A stretch of 64,000 bases of DNA from a virus (Duplodnaviria; Caudoviricetes): positions 96,001-160,000 of the IMG/VR virus record IMGVR_UViG_3300013426_000014; one strand, given 5' to 3'. The notes under the pieces are model-generated. The model was not told the origin of the DNA. It worked only from the letters and a program-made list of their open reading frames with translations, and did no database searches. Made by a program: the position numbers and the translations under genes. Shown here one piece after another: positions 24,601-36,575 of this stretch; within the stretch, counting starts at the first letter, position 1; each line of letters begins with the position of its first letter.

Positions 24601-26859
24601 GGCGGCATCATTACCATTATCATCATATATGATTTCGAATATGCCCGGTGATTGTGTAATAGTGTATTCCTTATAGTATACATCATTGGTTATCCAGCTT
24701 GTATCATTTTTGCTAGCGTTTACTGGCCTTGCATATATACGGACCGTGTATGTCCATGTCTGTGCATTGTAGTCTTCCTTATTTTCATATGAATATGGCG
24801 TGTCAATTTCTACGTTATTTGTACCATTCGACCCTTCATATTTCTGTCCGATCCAATCTTCCGCCATATCATTCTTCGTGTCCATGCATTGGAGATACCA
24901 TGGATTCGAAGATGACATTGAAAAGTTTGCTGACGTCGCCCCGGCGGAGATCTGTGTCTGCGGATTTGCGAATAGAATTGACGGTTCTTTCTGCTTCACT
25001 GTCAATAATACATTCGATGCCCAGTCGACGCTCGCGCCTTCGATCTTGAGATAAAAATTATATCACACGGCAATATTGCCGTCTTTGTGCCCCTTTCTTA
25101 CGTTTTCTGGAAATTCTGCCGTGACCGTTACTTTCGTATTGCCGCCAGTAATGGCCAGCTGCCCATTACCCATATTTCCCGCTGCTGTCAGCTTGACATT
25201 CGTATCAACGGAAGATTCGAATGCGTTTCCATCATATGACTTATAAACAGAAAGCGTTCACTTTGATGTGCTGGTATATGAATTGTCTCGTATCTCTATA
25301 TCAAGATTTCTACTGATTTTCCCAGCAGTCTCATAAGACGGTATTGCCGCGAAATCCGTAAAATCAGCAGAAGGGTATACCGTTCCGTTCGCCGGATATC
25401 CGAATTGCAATAGATATAAAGATGTAAATTGTTTCGTTCCTTCGTTATAATATATCCGGCTATTGTCAATATCCGCATAATTTATTGCTTGTACGATGAC
25501 ACCATAATAATGTGGATTTGTATCATCGCTACTTAATTCTTTAATTGTGACATCTACCACATCATCTGGAAGTTCCACGATTGCGGATGGTGGTATAGTG
25601 TAACCGTCAGTTCCGCCTGATAATTGGATATGAGACGAATCTGAATCATATGTTGTGCCAGCCGGAACTGTACTATCATTGATTGTACCAGATGCTATAC
25701 TCGCTTTGTACATTACATGCTCCGCGTCCCATATTATTACAGATTCATCTGTGTTATTTTTCACTACAAGTTTCGGTGGATCATTCGTATCTTTTTTGTA
25801 ACCTGTATAATCAATTGCCCCTGTTGTCACATTTGTTTTGTCATCATCCATTCTTCATCCTACCGTTATTGACGTTTTTTTTATTATATACGGTTGCTGT
25901 ATGAATAAAACGGGAACGACGATATATAAATAAAAATTAGACATACCAAGCACACCGCCGCCCACGGATGAATAATCTGATCAGTTATAATACTCTTCTG
26001 CTTTTATTTGAATATATCGCAAACACCATCTTTTACTAGTTTGATTTATGTTTCTTTGAACCGATAATGCAGTAGATTGCGTATTAGTGTAAATTTGATT
26101 TATGTTATTTTTTTTTGATAATAATACAGTATCTCGGTTGTACACGAAGTCGGTTTCCTCGTTTAACTTTGGCTGATTTGATGATTCGGTTACATTATAA
26201 ATTAAATTATATATATCTGTATTATATTTTTCTACATTTGATTTTATACTGTTCAAAATATTCTTTTTTGCGGTCGGCGAAGGATTTCTTAATAACGCAT
26301 CAATATACGCTTCCTCGTATTTTATGCGATCATATGGATTTGAATTTATCGTATCTGGTGTTCTACCGCATGCGATATTAACGGCAATATTGATATATGA
26401 TCCGTAATCGAAATCATCTCCATTATAACCGATGATAGATCCGACGATATCAGTATATATTGCTGTATTTATATTTAATGTCGTGTATTTTCCATTTTCT
26501 ATATTAATTATGATTGGATTTACAGCAACCTGCCCTAAATCACCAAGTCCATCATTGTATACAGGATTCGGTGCTACAAAATTTGGTTTGTCCACTCAAT
26601 ATGAACAAATATTGTAATCTTCAGCACTGTCATGATATGGTCGGTTAAATGATATCGATACATTTTGTGCTGTATTTGAATTCGACGGTATTGTATTTAT
26701 ACCCAAAATATAATTATTGGATATTAATGGATTTCAATTATCCGCTAAATACCCACTCTGATCAGCATCTGGCATCCAGCTTCCGCCAGATTCTTCAAAT
26801 CAACCAAGTATATTTGTGTCTCGATGTCCTCATACGCCACACCATCCTGTTGTCAACAT
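18607..26859 (-). CDS. Giant fibre/adhesin-like protein with BACON/Ig-like tandem domains, 2750 aa with TGA=Trp
   Basis: Ten track ORFs lie in one frame interrupted only by TGA; ATG at 26859, TAA at 18607; BACON-like motifs (SSSNPW, ENRSATISVMQ, ITVTQLG). Confidence 0.75.
20050..22050 (-). repeat. About 6 tandem ~115-aa domains with W-x(4-5)-E-x-GTDGDEF...P-x-N...K-x-C-x-x-TFTYGY
   Basis: Repeated motif seen at about 21950, 21615, 21205, 20875, 20515 and 20180. Confidence 0.75.
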
Positions 26860-26863
26860 AATA

Positions 26864-29800
26864 TTATCTGTTAAAATTTGGGCTTTCGACATTATATGAA
26901 ACGGATTTCTTGTCCGCATTCCACACATTGTTCACGTCATCGTTATATGACGACGCGTTAAAAATCTCCTGTGACACCTCGACGCCGGACTTCACGTCCG
27001 ATATCTCGATGTTCGTCGTCGACAGCAGGTATTCCGGCGTCTTCGGAAGGTAGTCGTACACGCATGAATCCGTCGTCGTCCCCCTGTCACTGATGATAAA
27101 GTTCCGCGAGCTGTCCAGATTGATCCTGTCATACCTGTCCTGATCCGGATCCCTCGCGTATTTATTGAAAAAATTATCACTCCACGCCGACCGCACGACG
27201 CTCCAATCCCGTTCGAAATCAATGCCTAAGCCGAACGCGGTCGCGTTCGTGTTGACGCAGTATTTCGTGTCCTCTGAATATTTGTTGAACCACATCTGCC
27301 CGTCCGCCGCGACGTTCTCCGCCGACACGTTCGCCGATCTGAAATCAACACCCATCGTCTCGGATAATTCTTTGTTGTTGAATTTCCAGTCGATCCCACT
27401 CACCGTCTCCGGCTCGAAATATGTCGGATGGACCCAGAACCGCTCCGCCGATCTGTTTGTCTTTATGAATGTCTGGTCAACCGGATCGACGACCGTCACG
27501 CCGAACAGATCCGCCGTCACGTTGTCGTAATATTTCACACCGTCCGCCGTCTTCACCCACATCACCGCGTCTTTTACCGCTGACTTGAAGTCATCGTATG
27601 TCGTTCCGGCATGGTCTGATCCGCCGTCGTTCGCCCCGATTTTTCATATGACCGCCGGACCGTCCGTCTCTGTCCTCGCTGTCAGCAGGTTGAACGTCTG
27701 ATCATCCTTCACATATGATCCGGCTGCCGTTCGGATGTCATCGTTTCCGTCTGAATAAAGTCTGTTCACGTTTTTGTCCGTCCCGGCTGGTTTGACCTCC
27801 TTCGCTTTCGAGTGTGCGGTGAATCCCGGGCCGGACGATTCGATGAAGAATTCGTCGCCCGCCGCGAATCGGATCTTCATTTTGGACGGGATTGCCGTCC
27901 GTCATCCTTCGCCGGCGACATGTTCCGAATATACCCGCTCTGATTTCACGGCGGACGGCATTTTCATCGCCGTGAGCCCGCCGAAGTCAATAGATCTGTT
28001 CCTGTCAGCGTACACGAGCGTCGACATGTTCTTATGCCATATGATCGCGATCTCCCGCGCGGTCTCGTCCACGACGATCTCCATGTCATGGTCCGATCCG
28101 TCCTTCACGACGGCGATGATCCCCGCGAAATTGTCTCACTTGTCCGTGTTTATGACGTTCTTCCTTTGTGACGATATGTTGATCTTCACACCGCCCGACA
28201 CCATCTCGACGGTGTTCATCCCCCTTGAATAGAGCGTCGAGAATTTCGGCAGGTGGTTGCTTTCCGTCATCAACATGTCGGATATAGTCAGGTTCCCCGC
28301 GAGGTTCTCGTCCGTCGACAGGAACGTCCCCTCGAAATATTTCCGGTATGTCCCGCCTGATATCTCAGGGCATGACATGTATCCTATCTGAGACGCGAAT
28401 TTCGAGTTCGCCGCATTGCCGTCATAGTCCGCCGGTATGAAGAATGACGTCACCGTGTCGGCCGAGCTGTTGGGATTGTATCTCAACATGCTGTTGTTAT
28501 ATGTCAACTTGATGTTGACGCCGCGGGTATCCGTTCCGACCGCCCGTCATTTGCAGTTGTACGGCGACACGAGCGACACCTGCGATCTCGTGATGTTCCG
28601 CTCATACTTGTGACGGAGGTACTTGTTCATCGACAGCTCCACCGGGTACTTATACGTGTACGGCGTTGTGTTGTAGTCGGTTATCGGGTTTTGCGCGTAA
28701 AGCGGGACGGAGTCGTCCTTCCCGATGTAGCTTGAGAACACCTCCGATGGTCTGTCGGACAGCGTCTTGTCCGCGTCATCCTCGTATATCTCCTCCCCTT
28801 CCGTCGCGCCGCGGTCCGATATCACCTTCTCCGACTCGCCTGCCATCGCGATGTTCGACACGTTGTCCATCACGTCGAAATTGTAGTCCCGCACGGGGAA
28901 TATCCCGCACACGCCGTAATCGAACTCCATCGGTATGTACAGGTATACCGACCGGCTCGTGTCGAGCGGCGACTCCGTGAATATGACGGCACGTTCCGGG
29001 TTGTTATATGAGTACATGTATCCGCCGCCGATCTTCGACAGGTATACATATTTCCCGGACGCGTCCATCGTCATGACCGGCCGTCCGGCCACTGCCTTTT
29101 TGTAGTTGTCGATGTACTGCACCTCGTATGTGTTCAGGCCGGATGCGTCCATGAACTCGACCGTCCACGCCGGCCGCGGGCCGAGCACCTCGAAATTGAT
29201 CGGCGTCAGAGCCGGGTCGTCGTAATCCGACGTTAGCGCGATCTCCGGTTGCTCACCGTTCGAGAAGAACGACACGGCGGCGGATTCTTTTTTGTACGTC
29301 TCCATCATGTCGGCCGACGCGGCGGTATATCTCGATACCCGTTGGAACGTCAGTTTCTTGTCCGATGTTACAGACAGGTTACGGTATGTGGCCTTCGCCT
29401 CGTACGGCCCGTCAAGAATGTTCAGCGCGGCCGCTATGACGGCGCACTGATCGGTCACGCTTTCTCGCTCCGCGTACATAGAGACGCGGGTTATCGTGTA
29501 TTTCCTCCCGTCCGTATCATCCGTTCCGGCGTTGACTGTTACATGGCTGACGCCTTTCTTCTTGTACAGTGGACTGTCGGAGAATATCAGCTCGTATATC
29601 CGTGTGTCAGACTCGTTCGTCTCGTCTATTATTCTGAAATGCTCGCCCGCATGCAGCGCGTCGTTCAGACGCATCGTCACGAACCGCCTCGACTCGATTT
29701 TCCGCGCCATCCCGACAAATACATTGTGACCGGGTTTGTCTTTATATATGTCCGCGTAACCGGATCCCATCATTGTCCCCGATATCCGCCTGCATCGGTC

Positions 29801-31048
29801 AGAATCGGCGCAGCAGTACAGTACGTCAGATCCGGACGCGTCCCAGTCATATGACACCGCATTGCCGTCCGCGTCGATGAACTGACCTCCCACATTATAC
29901 AGCGGACCGTATCCGTTCATCTTAATGTACAGTCCGAAATATGTGTCGATGCTGAACGTGTCCGAATCCGGGTCGTCGAACATGAACTCGAAGTTGACGA
30001 CGCTGTCCGACAGCATGCCGTTGCGCTCGAAACCCAACGTGTAGAAGTTGTCCGCCTGCACCTGGTTCCTGTATTTCAGCGCGTAAGGCGACTCGTATAT
30101 GGTCGACACCGCGCCCTTGTCCAGACTTATGCCAGTGTATGTGTTGAACTGTGTCGGGTTATATGCGACATAAAGCTGGGCGTGCGTCGATTTCGCCCGG
30201 TCCTGTATCGTCCTGACGTAACGGCCGAGCCGCGAGCCCTGCCGCATGTCGTATGACTTGATAATCTTTCCGTCCGCCATCATTTTCTTGAATACGGCCG
30301 TGTCCGACATCGCGGATGTCAGGTCGACTGTTCCCGGGACCTTCATCACGATGAAGAAGTCCGGCAGCGTCTCGCCGATTTTCAGCGGCGCGAGCAGAGC
30401 GAAGTTCTCGCTGTACAGCTTGTCTGTGTTCGTCGTCACGCCGTACCTGTACATGTCGACGTACTGGTCCTTGAAGTCATTGACGACGCTGAATATCTTG
30501 TGTCACTCGTCCGGTACGGCGTACATATATGACTTCGCCGGCATGTTCGCCGCGTATGCCGCCACATTTCTGCCGTAATAGTCGGTGTGCCTTACCGGCA
30601 CGCGCCTGTATTTCCGCCTCGACAGCTCTGCGTTGACCTTGAACGCGTCCAGAAACAGGTCACTGTCAGAGTCGACGACGACCTTCACGTTCCCGGATAT
30701 TTTAGGGTTGACGCGGAGCATCATGTACGACCCCCGCGGCTTATTCAGGTCTACCGCTTTTCGCATATTCGGATCCAGCAAAACCGATTTCGGCCGCTCC
30801 CATGTGAAAGTGGTCTGCACTTCGTCAATCACGAGATGGATCTCTGTCTGATCCGCCTTGATTTTCCTGTCAATGCGGATGGATATTATGGTCGGCTTCC
30901 CGTAATTGATACCTTCTTTCGGTAATTTTGACAACGGCCACGCATTCACCAATATATGGTCGAGCGCGTCCGCGTCCAATGACGACACGTCGCCGGCCTT
31001 GACCGACGACGCCCGCACGAGATATTCGTTGTCTATAAGCGCCGGCAT
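26864..31048 (-). CDS. Large virion structural (baseplate/tail) protein, 1394 aa with TGA=Trp
   Basis: Six in-frame track ORFs joined at TGA 30503, 28547, 28136, 27902, 27644 (e.g. SPYNCK-W-RAVGTD). Confidence 0.75.
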
Positions 31049-31068
31049 CCTCGCCTGTCGTTATGTTT

Positions 31069-33234
31069 CTATTTTTCCTCCAGCGACTCGACCCTGCTGT
31101 TCAGCTCCGCTATGAGCTTGAGCGCCGCGGTCATCGTGTCGGAAAGCGGGGTGGTGACGACGGTCACGTTACCCTGATCGTCCGTTATCCGCTGCTGGAA
31201 GAATATGTTGTCAGCAGAGTGCTTATACTGCTCCGTCGCGTCATTCAGATGCGTGTACACGCCCGCGGCATCCATTGTCTGCTGCAGCACGACCGCGGTC
31301 ACGTCGTCCTTCGACGACTCCACTATCTCAGACACGCTGTCGTTCGTCGAAAGGTTCTCAGGGAACTCTACTATCACGGAGTCGCTCCACCTCGACTTCG
31401 CCGGGTTGCGCGGATATCCCGCCTCTGATATCGATCTCGCCTTGATCTCGACCTTCTCGCCATATCGTATCGGTATGTCTATCTGGTTGATGTTGATGAC
31501 GTCGCCGTCGGCGGACTGCTCATCCTTCCATATGTACGTCCCGGTCTCGTCGTCCCATACCTGTTCGCGTGTTAGCGACGTGACCATGTTCCAGTCGGAG
31601 AACACCGCCTTCGCCGTCTCTGTCGTCCCGTCCGCCGCCGTCTTTGTATACGTGAACGTGTCGAGCGACACGCCGGAGTCGTTGGTGTGCAAGTATCTGT
31701 ACATTATGTCGAACCCTATCACCTCTTGACGGCCGAGCCCGTTCGCCGAGTCGGCGTATTGAGCGTCCGGTATCTGGAAGAATCCGCGTATGTGGTATTT
31801 CGGACTGTAACTTATCGCGCCGGATTTGTTCAACAGCGTGTTTAGGTCCGTCACGGCCGACTCGTACCGCTGCGTCGCGTTCTGCAGTTTCGCCGTGTCG
31901 GAGTCGATCAGGTTTTTCAATGTCGTGATGTTCGTCTCTGAAGTTTCCGTCACGAGCTGGTTCTTGTATCCTGATATATTGGTATTCAATGAGTTGACCT
32001 CACTCCTGGTCGACTCGACTTCCCTGACGAGTGAGTTGTACTCCTTCGAGTTGAATGTCGCCTCCAGCTGCTTGTTTATCTGCACTACCTCCAAGTCGTC
32101 GGCGTTGATCACCGGCGCGTTCGGCGTTATAGCTGCCGTCGCCAGCACGGTGTTGCTTTTCGCGTCGTCCATCCACTTCGCGCCGAGGTCGGTGACGTAC
32201 CGCCTGTAATATTCGGCGAACGTCATGTCACCGCCGTCGAGCGTCAGCTCGTTCGTGATGAATGATACCGGGTCTGACCACTCGTGTGAGACGACATTGT
32301 AGTCGTCGTTTATCGCCTTGAAGTAGACCGTGTCGATTTCGTCGAAACCGAATCCGACGTCAACGGTTTTCGTCTCGAACGGCGCGTTGTAATAATGGAA
32401 CGCCCCGCCGACCGCCGGCTGGTCGTAACCGGTGTTATATTCGATCCTGATCCTCGACAAGTCCTTGTCTATGTCCTTGATTTTGAACAGACTATCCGCG
32501 TAACGTACAAGCGATCCCTTCGACAGCGCGTAATCATTGCCGGTCATGTTCCCGTTCCTGTCTATCGCGTTGTACATGATTGTGTCCAGGTAGTATCACA
32601 GATCCGTCCCGCCGTCACCCACCGCCTCCGCGGATTGTATTGTGAATTCACCAGTGAATTTCTCATATCCCATCGGCAGGTCGACTGTGTCGTAATCCTC
32701 CGAATATGATATTTCCGACCCGTTCAGGAGCGTTATCAGATCCGGATACGGCAGGTTTCTGCCCAGTATGTTCTGTGTGTAAAAATCAGTGTATTCCGTC
32801 GACAGTATGACCCTATTGACGATGACCCGGTCCGCGTCGTCGTCGATTTTCCCCTTGAGATCGATCTGGACCTTGCATTTCGGGAACATCAGGTCCTCGA
32901 ATATCCAGTTGCTGTCTGTCACGAATGATACCGGCGTCTCGACTCCCTCTATTTTCGCCGGTGCTTTCGGGACCGTCGTCACCTTGACCCGCCTGTATGT
33001 CGAGTCATCTGTCTGCACGACGCCGTTCCCCTTGACGAACGCCGCCACCGTGTTCTCCGCCCGCTGCAGGCGCGTTATGACGCTCGAATATGACGGGACC
33101 GTCACGCCGTCGATGGTGACAGAGTCTGATTCGGAGAACATTGACTCGTTTATCGCGTTCAGCGCCGACATCGCGTTATTGACATTCGCGGTCAGCCGCT
33201 CCGTGTTCTCGCTCAATGAGTTTATATTGGCCAT
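31069..33234 (-). CDS. Structural protein with central coiled coil, 721 aa with TGA=Trp
   Basis: Two ORFs joined at TGA 32596 (GGTDL-W-YYLDTI); heptad-rich region EYNSLVREVESTRSEVNSLN. Confidence 0.75.
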
Positions 33235-33257
33235 TGCCCTTGTCTTACTTTACTGAA

Positions 33258-33265
33258 TATTTATC
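33258..33265 (-). promoter_or_regulatory. Putative late promoter GATAAATA
   Basis: About 23 nt upstream of the ATG at 33234, at the head of a long structural operon. Confidence 0.6.
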
Positions 33266-33336
33266 GACCCGACACGGCCGGAGCAAAAAAAACCGGAAAC
33301 ATCTTTAATAATATATTCGGTTAAAATACAGATAGG

Positions 33337-34938
33337 ATGAACCAGCAGACAGAGACGATTATATATCATTATGCGCTCGCCAATCCAGAGCTCGCGCTTA
33401 AGATAAAACCCGACTTTTTTGACGCGAAATATCTCCGTGAGCTTTTCGAGATAGGACGTGATTACTCGATCAAGTACCACAGCGCGCCGACGGCGGACCA
33501 GATGAAGCAGCTTGTCACCATTGCCGGCAAGCAGGACAAACTGCCGGCGGACGTCATTGACATTATATACGCGCAGAAACGTGACATGTCTCAGTATGAC
33601 GAGACATGGCTGTATGACACGACGACGGCGTGGGCGCAGTGGGAGAATTTCACCGCCGCCGTTATCGATTCCGTGCAGTTCGTCAAGCTGCATAATGACG
33701 AGATAACGGCGGAGAACGTCAGGGAGTATACAGAAAAGGCGAAGGGAACGTTCAACCGTAACGCGATAATGGAGTTCGGCGAGCAGGACAATGGGTCAGA
33801 TTTCTATGACGCGGCCGCGCATAAGCCGTCGCAGCTCGTTCACTCGCCGACTGGTGTCGATTATATAGATAAATGCCTTGCCGGCGGCGGATGGCCGGGC
33901 GCGCTTATCGGTTTCGCCGGCGCGCCGAAGATAGGAAAGTCGGTGTGGCTGCAGAACTTGTGCGCCGCATCTGTCAAAGCCGGGCAGGATTCATTGTACG
34001 TGTCGCTTGAGCTGCCGGAGGAGATGATCATACAGCGTATCGGATCAAACCTCCTTGGCATTCCGTCTGGCGATTACAGCAAGATGGCGGAGGATGAACA
34101 GTATATGAAGGATAGGATCCGGCAGTTCAGGGAGTCGAATCTCGTCCCACCGGGACGTCTCGTTGTCAAGAGTTTCCCGACGTCGACGCTGACGTCGATA
34201 GAGTTCGAGGCGTTTATACTTAAACTGGAGGAGGAGTTTTCGACGTCAGACAAGCCGTTCAAGTTCAAGAACATATATCTTGACTATATCAACATCATGA
34301 AGAATTATCGGAATCCTAATTCCGAGAACACCTACATGAAAATTAAGTGTCTCGCGGAAGATGTCAAGGCGGTGGCGATAAAGAACGACTGGTGTGTGTA
34401 CACGGCGACGCAGACGAACAGGGGACAGTTCGACCAGACCGACATGACCGCCAATCAGATTTCGGAGTCCGCCGGTTTCGGCGCCACGGTTGACGCGTTG
34501 TTCGGAATTATCGCCGACCAGATACAGAAGTCACAGGGCATCTACTTTCTAAAATGTTTGTACGACCGCGTCTATCCGATGGACAACACCAGAAAGAAAT
34601 TCAACTTCGACAAGCGGTATCTCAGGATAACAGAGGATATGGAGTCACAGATCGAGACCGCGGAGGATATATACAGATCCGTTACCGTCCCGGGATTTAA
34701 TGAGAACATGCGCCGTGGCGGCGGTCCCGGATCGGATCGTCAGTGGAGTGAGCACAGGGAACGCGCGGCGTCTGTCCCGGTCGCCCCGTCATTCGGTGAT
34801 TCCGCCCCGCTCACACTCGATACCGGTCGGAACGGCTCCGACCTGACGCAGACCGCAGACGATTTCGACGCGCAGGGATCCGCTGCCGCGGTGTTCAACC
34901 AGACGCCGCCTATTTATACTGGCGCCGGATTGTTTTAG
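33337..34938 (+). CDS. Replicative DNA helicase (DnaB/T4 gp41-like)
   Basis: GAPKIGKS Walker A, YVSLEL, LDYINIM, TATQTNRG, ISESAG; no in-frame TGA. Confidence 0.92.
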   Translation: MNQQTETIIYHYALANPELALKIKPDFFDAKYLRELFEIGRDYSIKYHSAPTADQMKQLVTIAGKQDKLPADVIDIIYAQKRDMSQYDETWLYDTTTAWAQWENFTAAVIDSVQFVKLHNDEITAENVREYTEKAKGTFNRNAIMEFGEQDNGSDFYDAAAHKPSQLVHSPTGVDYIDKCLAGGGWPGALIGFAGAPKIGKSVWLQNLCAASVKAGQDSLYVSLELPEEMIIQRIGSNLLGIPSGDYSKMAEDEQYMKDRIRQFRESNLVPPGRLVVKSFPTSTLTSIEFEAFILKLEEEFSTSDKPFKFKNIYLDYINIMKNYRNPNSENTYMKIKCLAEDVKAVAIKNDWCVYTATQTNRGQFDQTDMTANQISESAGFGATVDALFGIIADQIQKSQGIYFLKCLYDRVYPMDNTRKKFNFDKRYLRITEDMESQIETAEDIYRSVTVPGFNENMRRGGGPGSDRQWSEHRERAASVPVAPSFGDSAPLTLDTGRNGSDLTQTADDFDAQGSAAAVFNQTPPIYTGAGLF

Positions 34939-34990
34939 AAAAATGAGTGACAGCCGTTTATATAATATTTAGAAAAATGATTAGATATGA

Positions 34991-35458
34991 ATGGGTGTCA
35001 AACTAAATAAACTTTTCAACTCCGGCTGAAACGCGGTCGATTATGGTGAGGAACGGTCGAGAAACGCCGACATAGCGGTGCTGCCGCTCGTCAGTGACAT
35101 GTACGAGGAAAGCACGACGTCCGACATAACGGGCGTCATCACACGGAAGAGTATGAACGAGGATATGTACAGGGTGTTCACTGCGTCGCCGTGATTTGAG
35201 AAGTATTCGGAGGATGGCAGACGCGTCGACAAGAAAGACATGCCGTCTGTTTATTTTTACTTTCGAGACGAGATGATGAAGAAGAACGACTACAATCTCG
35301 TTGAGGTGCTGTGCGCGATATGCGAGTTTTTTGACCTTAATTATTCGTATATGTATAATAATGTGCTCAGCCTTGCCGATAAGTCGAAGGTTCTCGAAAT
35401 ACTGGAGGACGATTACGGGCTGTCGGACAGATTCGGCAAAACGAACAGGCTGTTTTAA
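34991..35458 (+). CDS. Hypothetical protein (weak resemblance to T4 gp33-type late-transcription accessory factor), 155 aa with TGA=Trp
   Basis: ATG at 34991 in frame with 35240..35458 through TGA at 35027 and 35192; VEVLCAICEFFDLN helix; lies next to gp47/46. Confidence 0.5.
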
Positions 35459-36561
35459 TGGAGATGTCTTTGAAACATATTGACATGACGGACGTCAAAT
35501 ACGCCGTACTCATATCGGACGTGCATCTCGGGTGTAGGAACGCGAGTATAGAGTGGATTGATAACATCACCTTGTACATGCGTGATTTTTTTGTGCCGCT
35601 CGTCAGGCGGACGGCGGTGAAAGGCAAGACGATCGTCATTGTCGCCGGCGACTGATACGATAACAGGCTGTCGATTGACATAAACGTCATGAACAGGGGG
35701 ATGGATCTAATGCGCGGCATCGCGTCCGTCGCTCCGGTGTACATGATAACAGGAAACCATGACGTTTATAAGAAGAACGGAAACGACGTCAACTCGATAC
35801 GGTATCTCGGCCTGCTCGACAATGTCACGGTCGTCGAGAACCCCACGGTCATGGATTTCGATAGGATGAGATTCCTGCTGTATCCTTGATCTGGTGATAT
35901 CAAGAAAGATACCGATTTCATATCGGCTGTCGACGGTGTCGATTATATGATCATGCATGATGATGTCAAGGGCCAGACGTATGACAACGGACGCAAAATA
36001 TTGTCAGGTCTGGATGCAGGCGTGTTTTCTGGCAAAGGAATATATTCCGGCCATATACACAAAAGGCAGGAGAACGGAAGGGTGACTTACATTGGATCGC
36101 CTTATCAGCTGCGTCGGTCAGATATAGGGAACGTGTGCGGCGTGTACACGCTCGACGTCTCTGATGATGATGTCGTCCGGACGTTTGACGCGAACACGGT
36201 CAGCCCGGAGTTCATAAAGATACGGCTCGATGATGTGCTCGACCTGCCGTACGGCGCAGTCAAGGGGATGATGACCGGCAATTACGTCGATTTTGTTGTT
36301 CGGAAATCCGCGCTTGTGTCGGTTTGCATGGCAGATATGATGCGCGCGCTTGATTCGGCCGGCGCGAAGAAGGTCCGCGTCGTCGTTGAGCAGGATGTTG
36401 ACCCGTCTGTGTCAGATACTGTGACGAAAGCTGTGACTGTCGATGACATGATTAAGAAAAAGATTGATGCGTTCGACTTGTCGGACGAGCAGAAAAAAAC
36501 GATACTTGACTTGAACGGCCGGTATATGACGGCGTTTAATGAGATGTCGATCAGCGAGTAA
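35458..36561 (+). CDS. Recombination nuclease, Mre11/SbcD/T4 gp47-like, 367 aa with TGA=Trp
   Basis: ISDVHLG, AGD-W(TGA)-YDNR, GNHD, LYP-W(TGA), SGHIH, YIGSPYQ metallophosphoesterase motifs. Confidence 0.92.
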
Positions 36562-36575
36562 AAAAACGGAATTAT

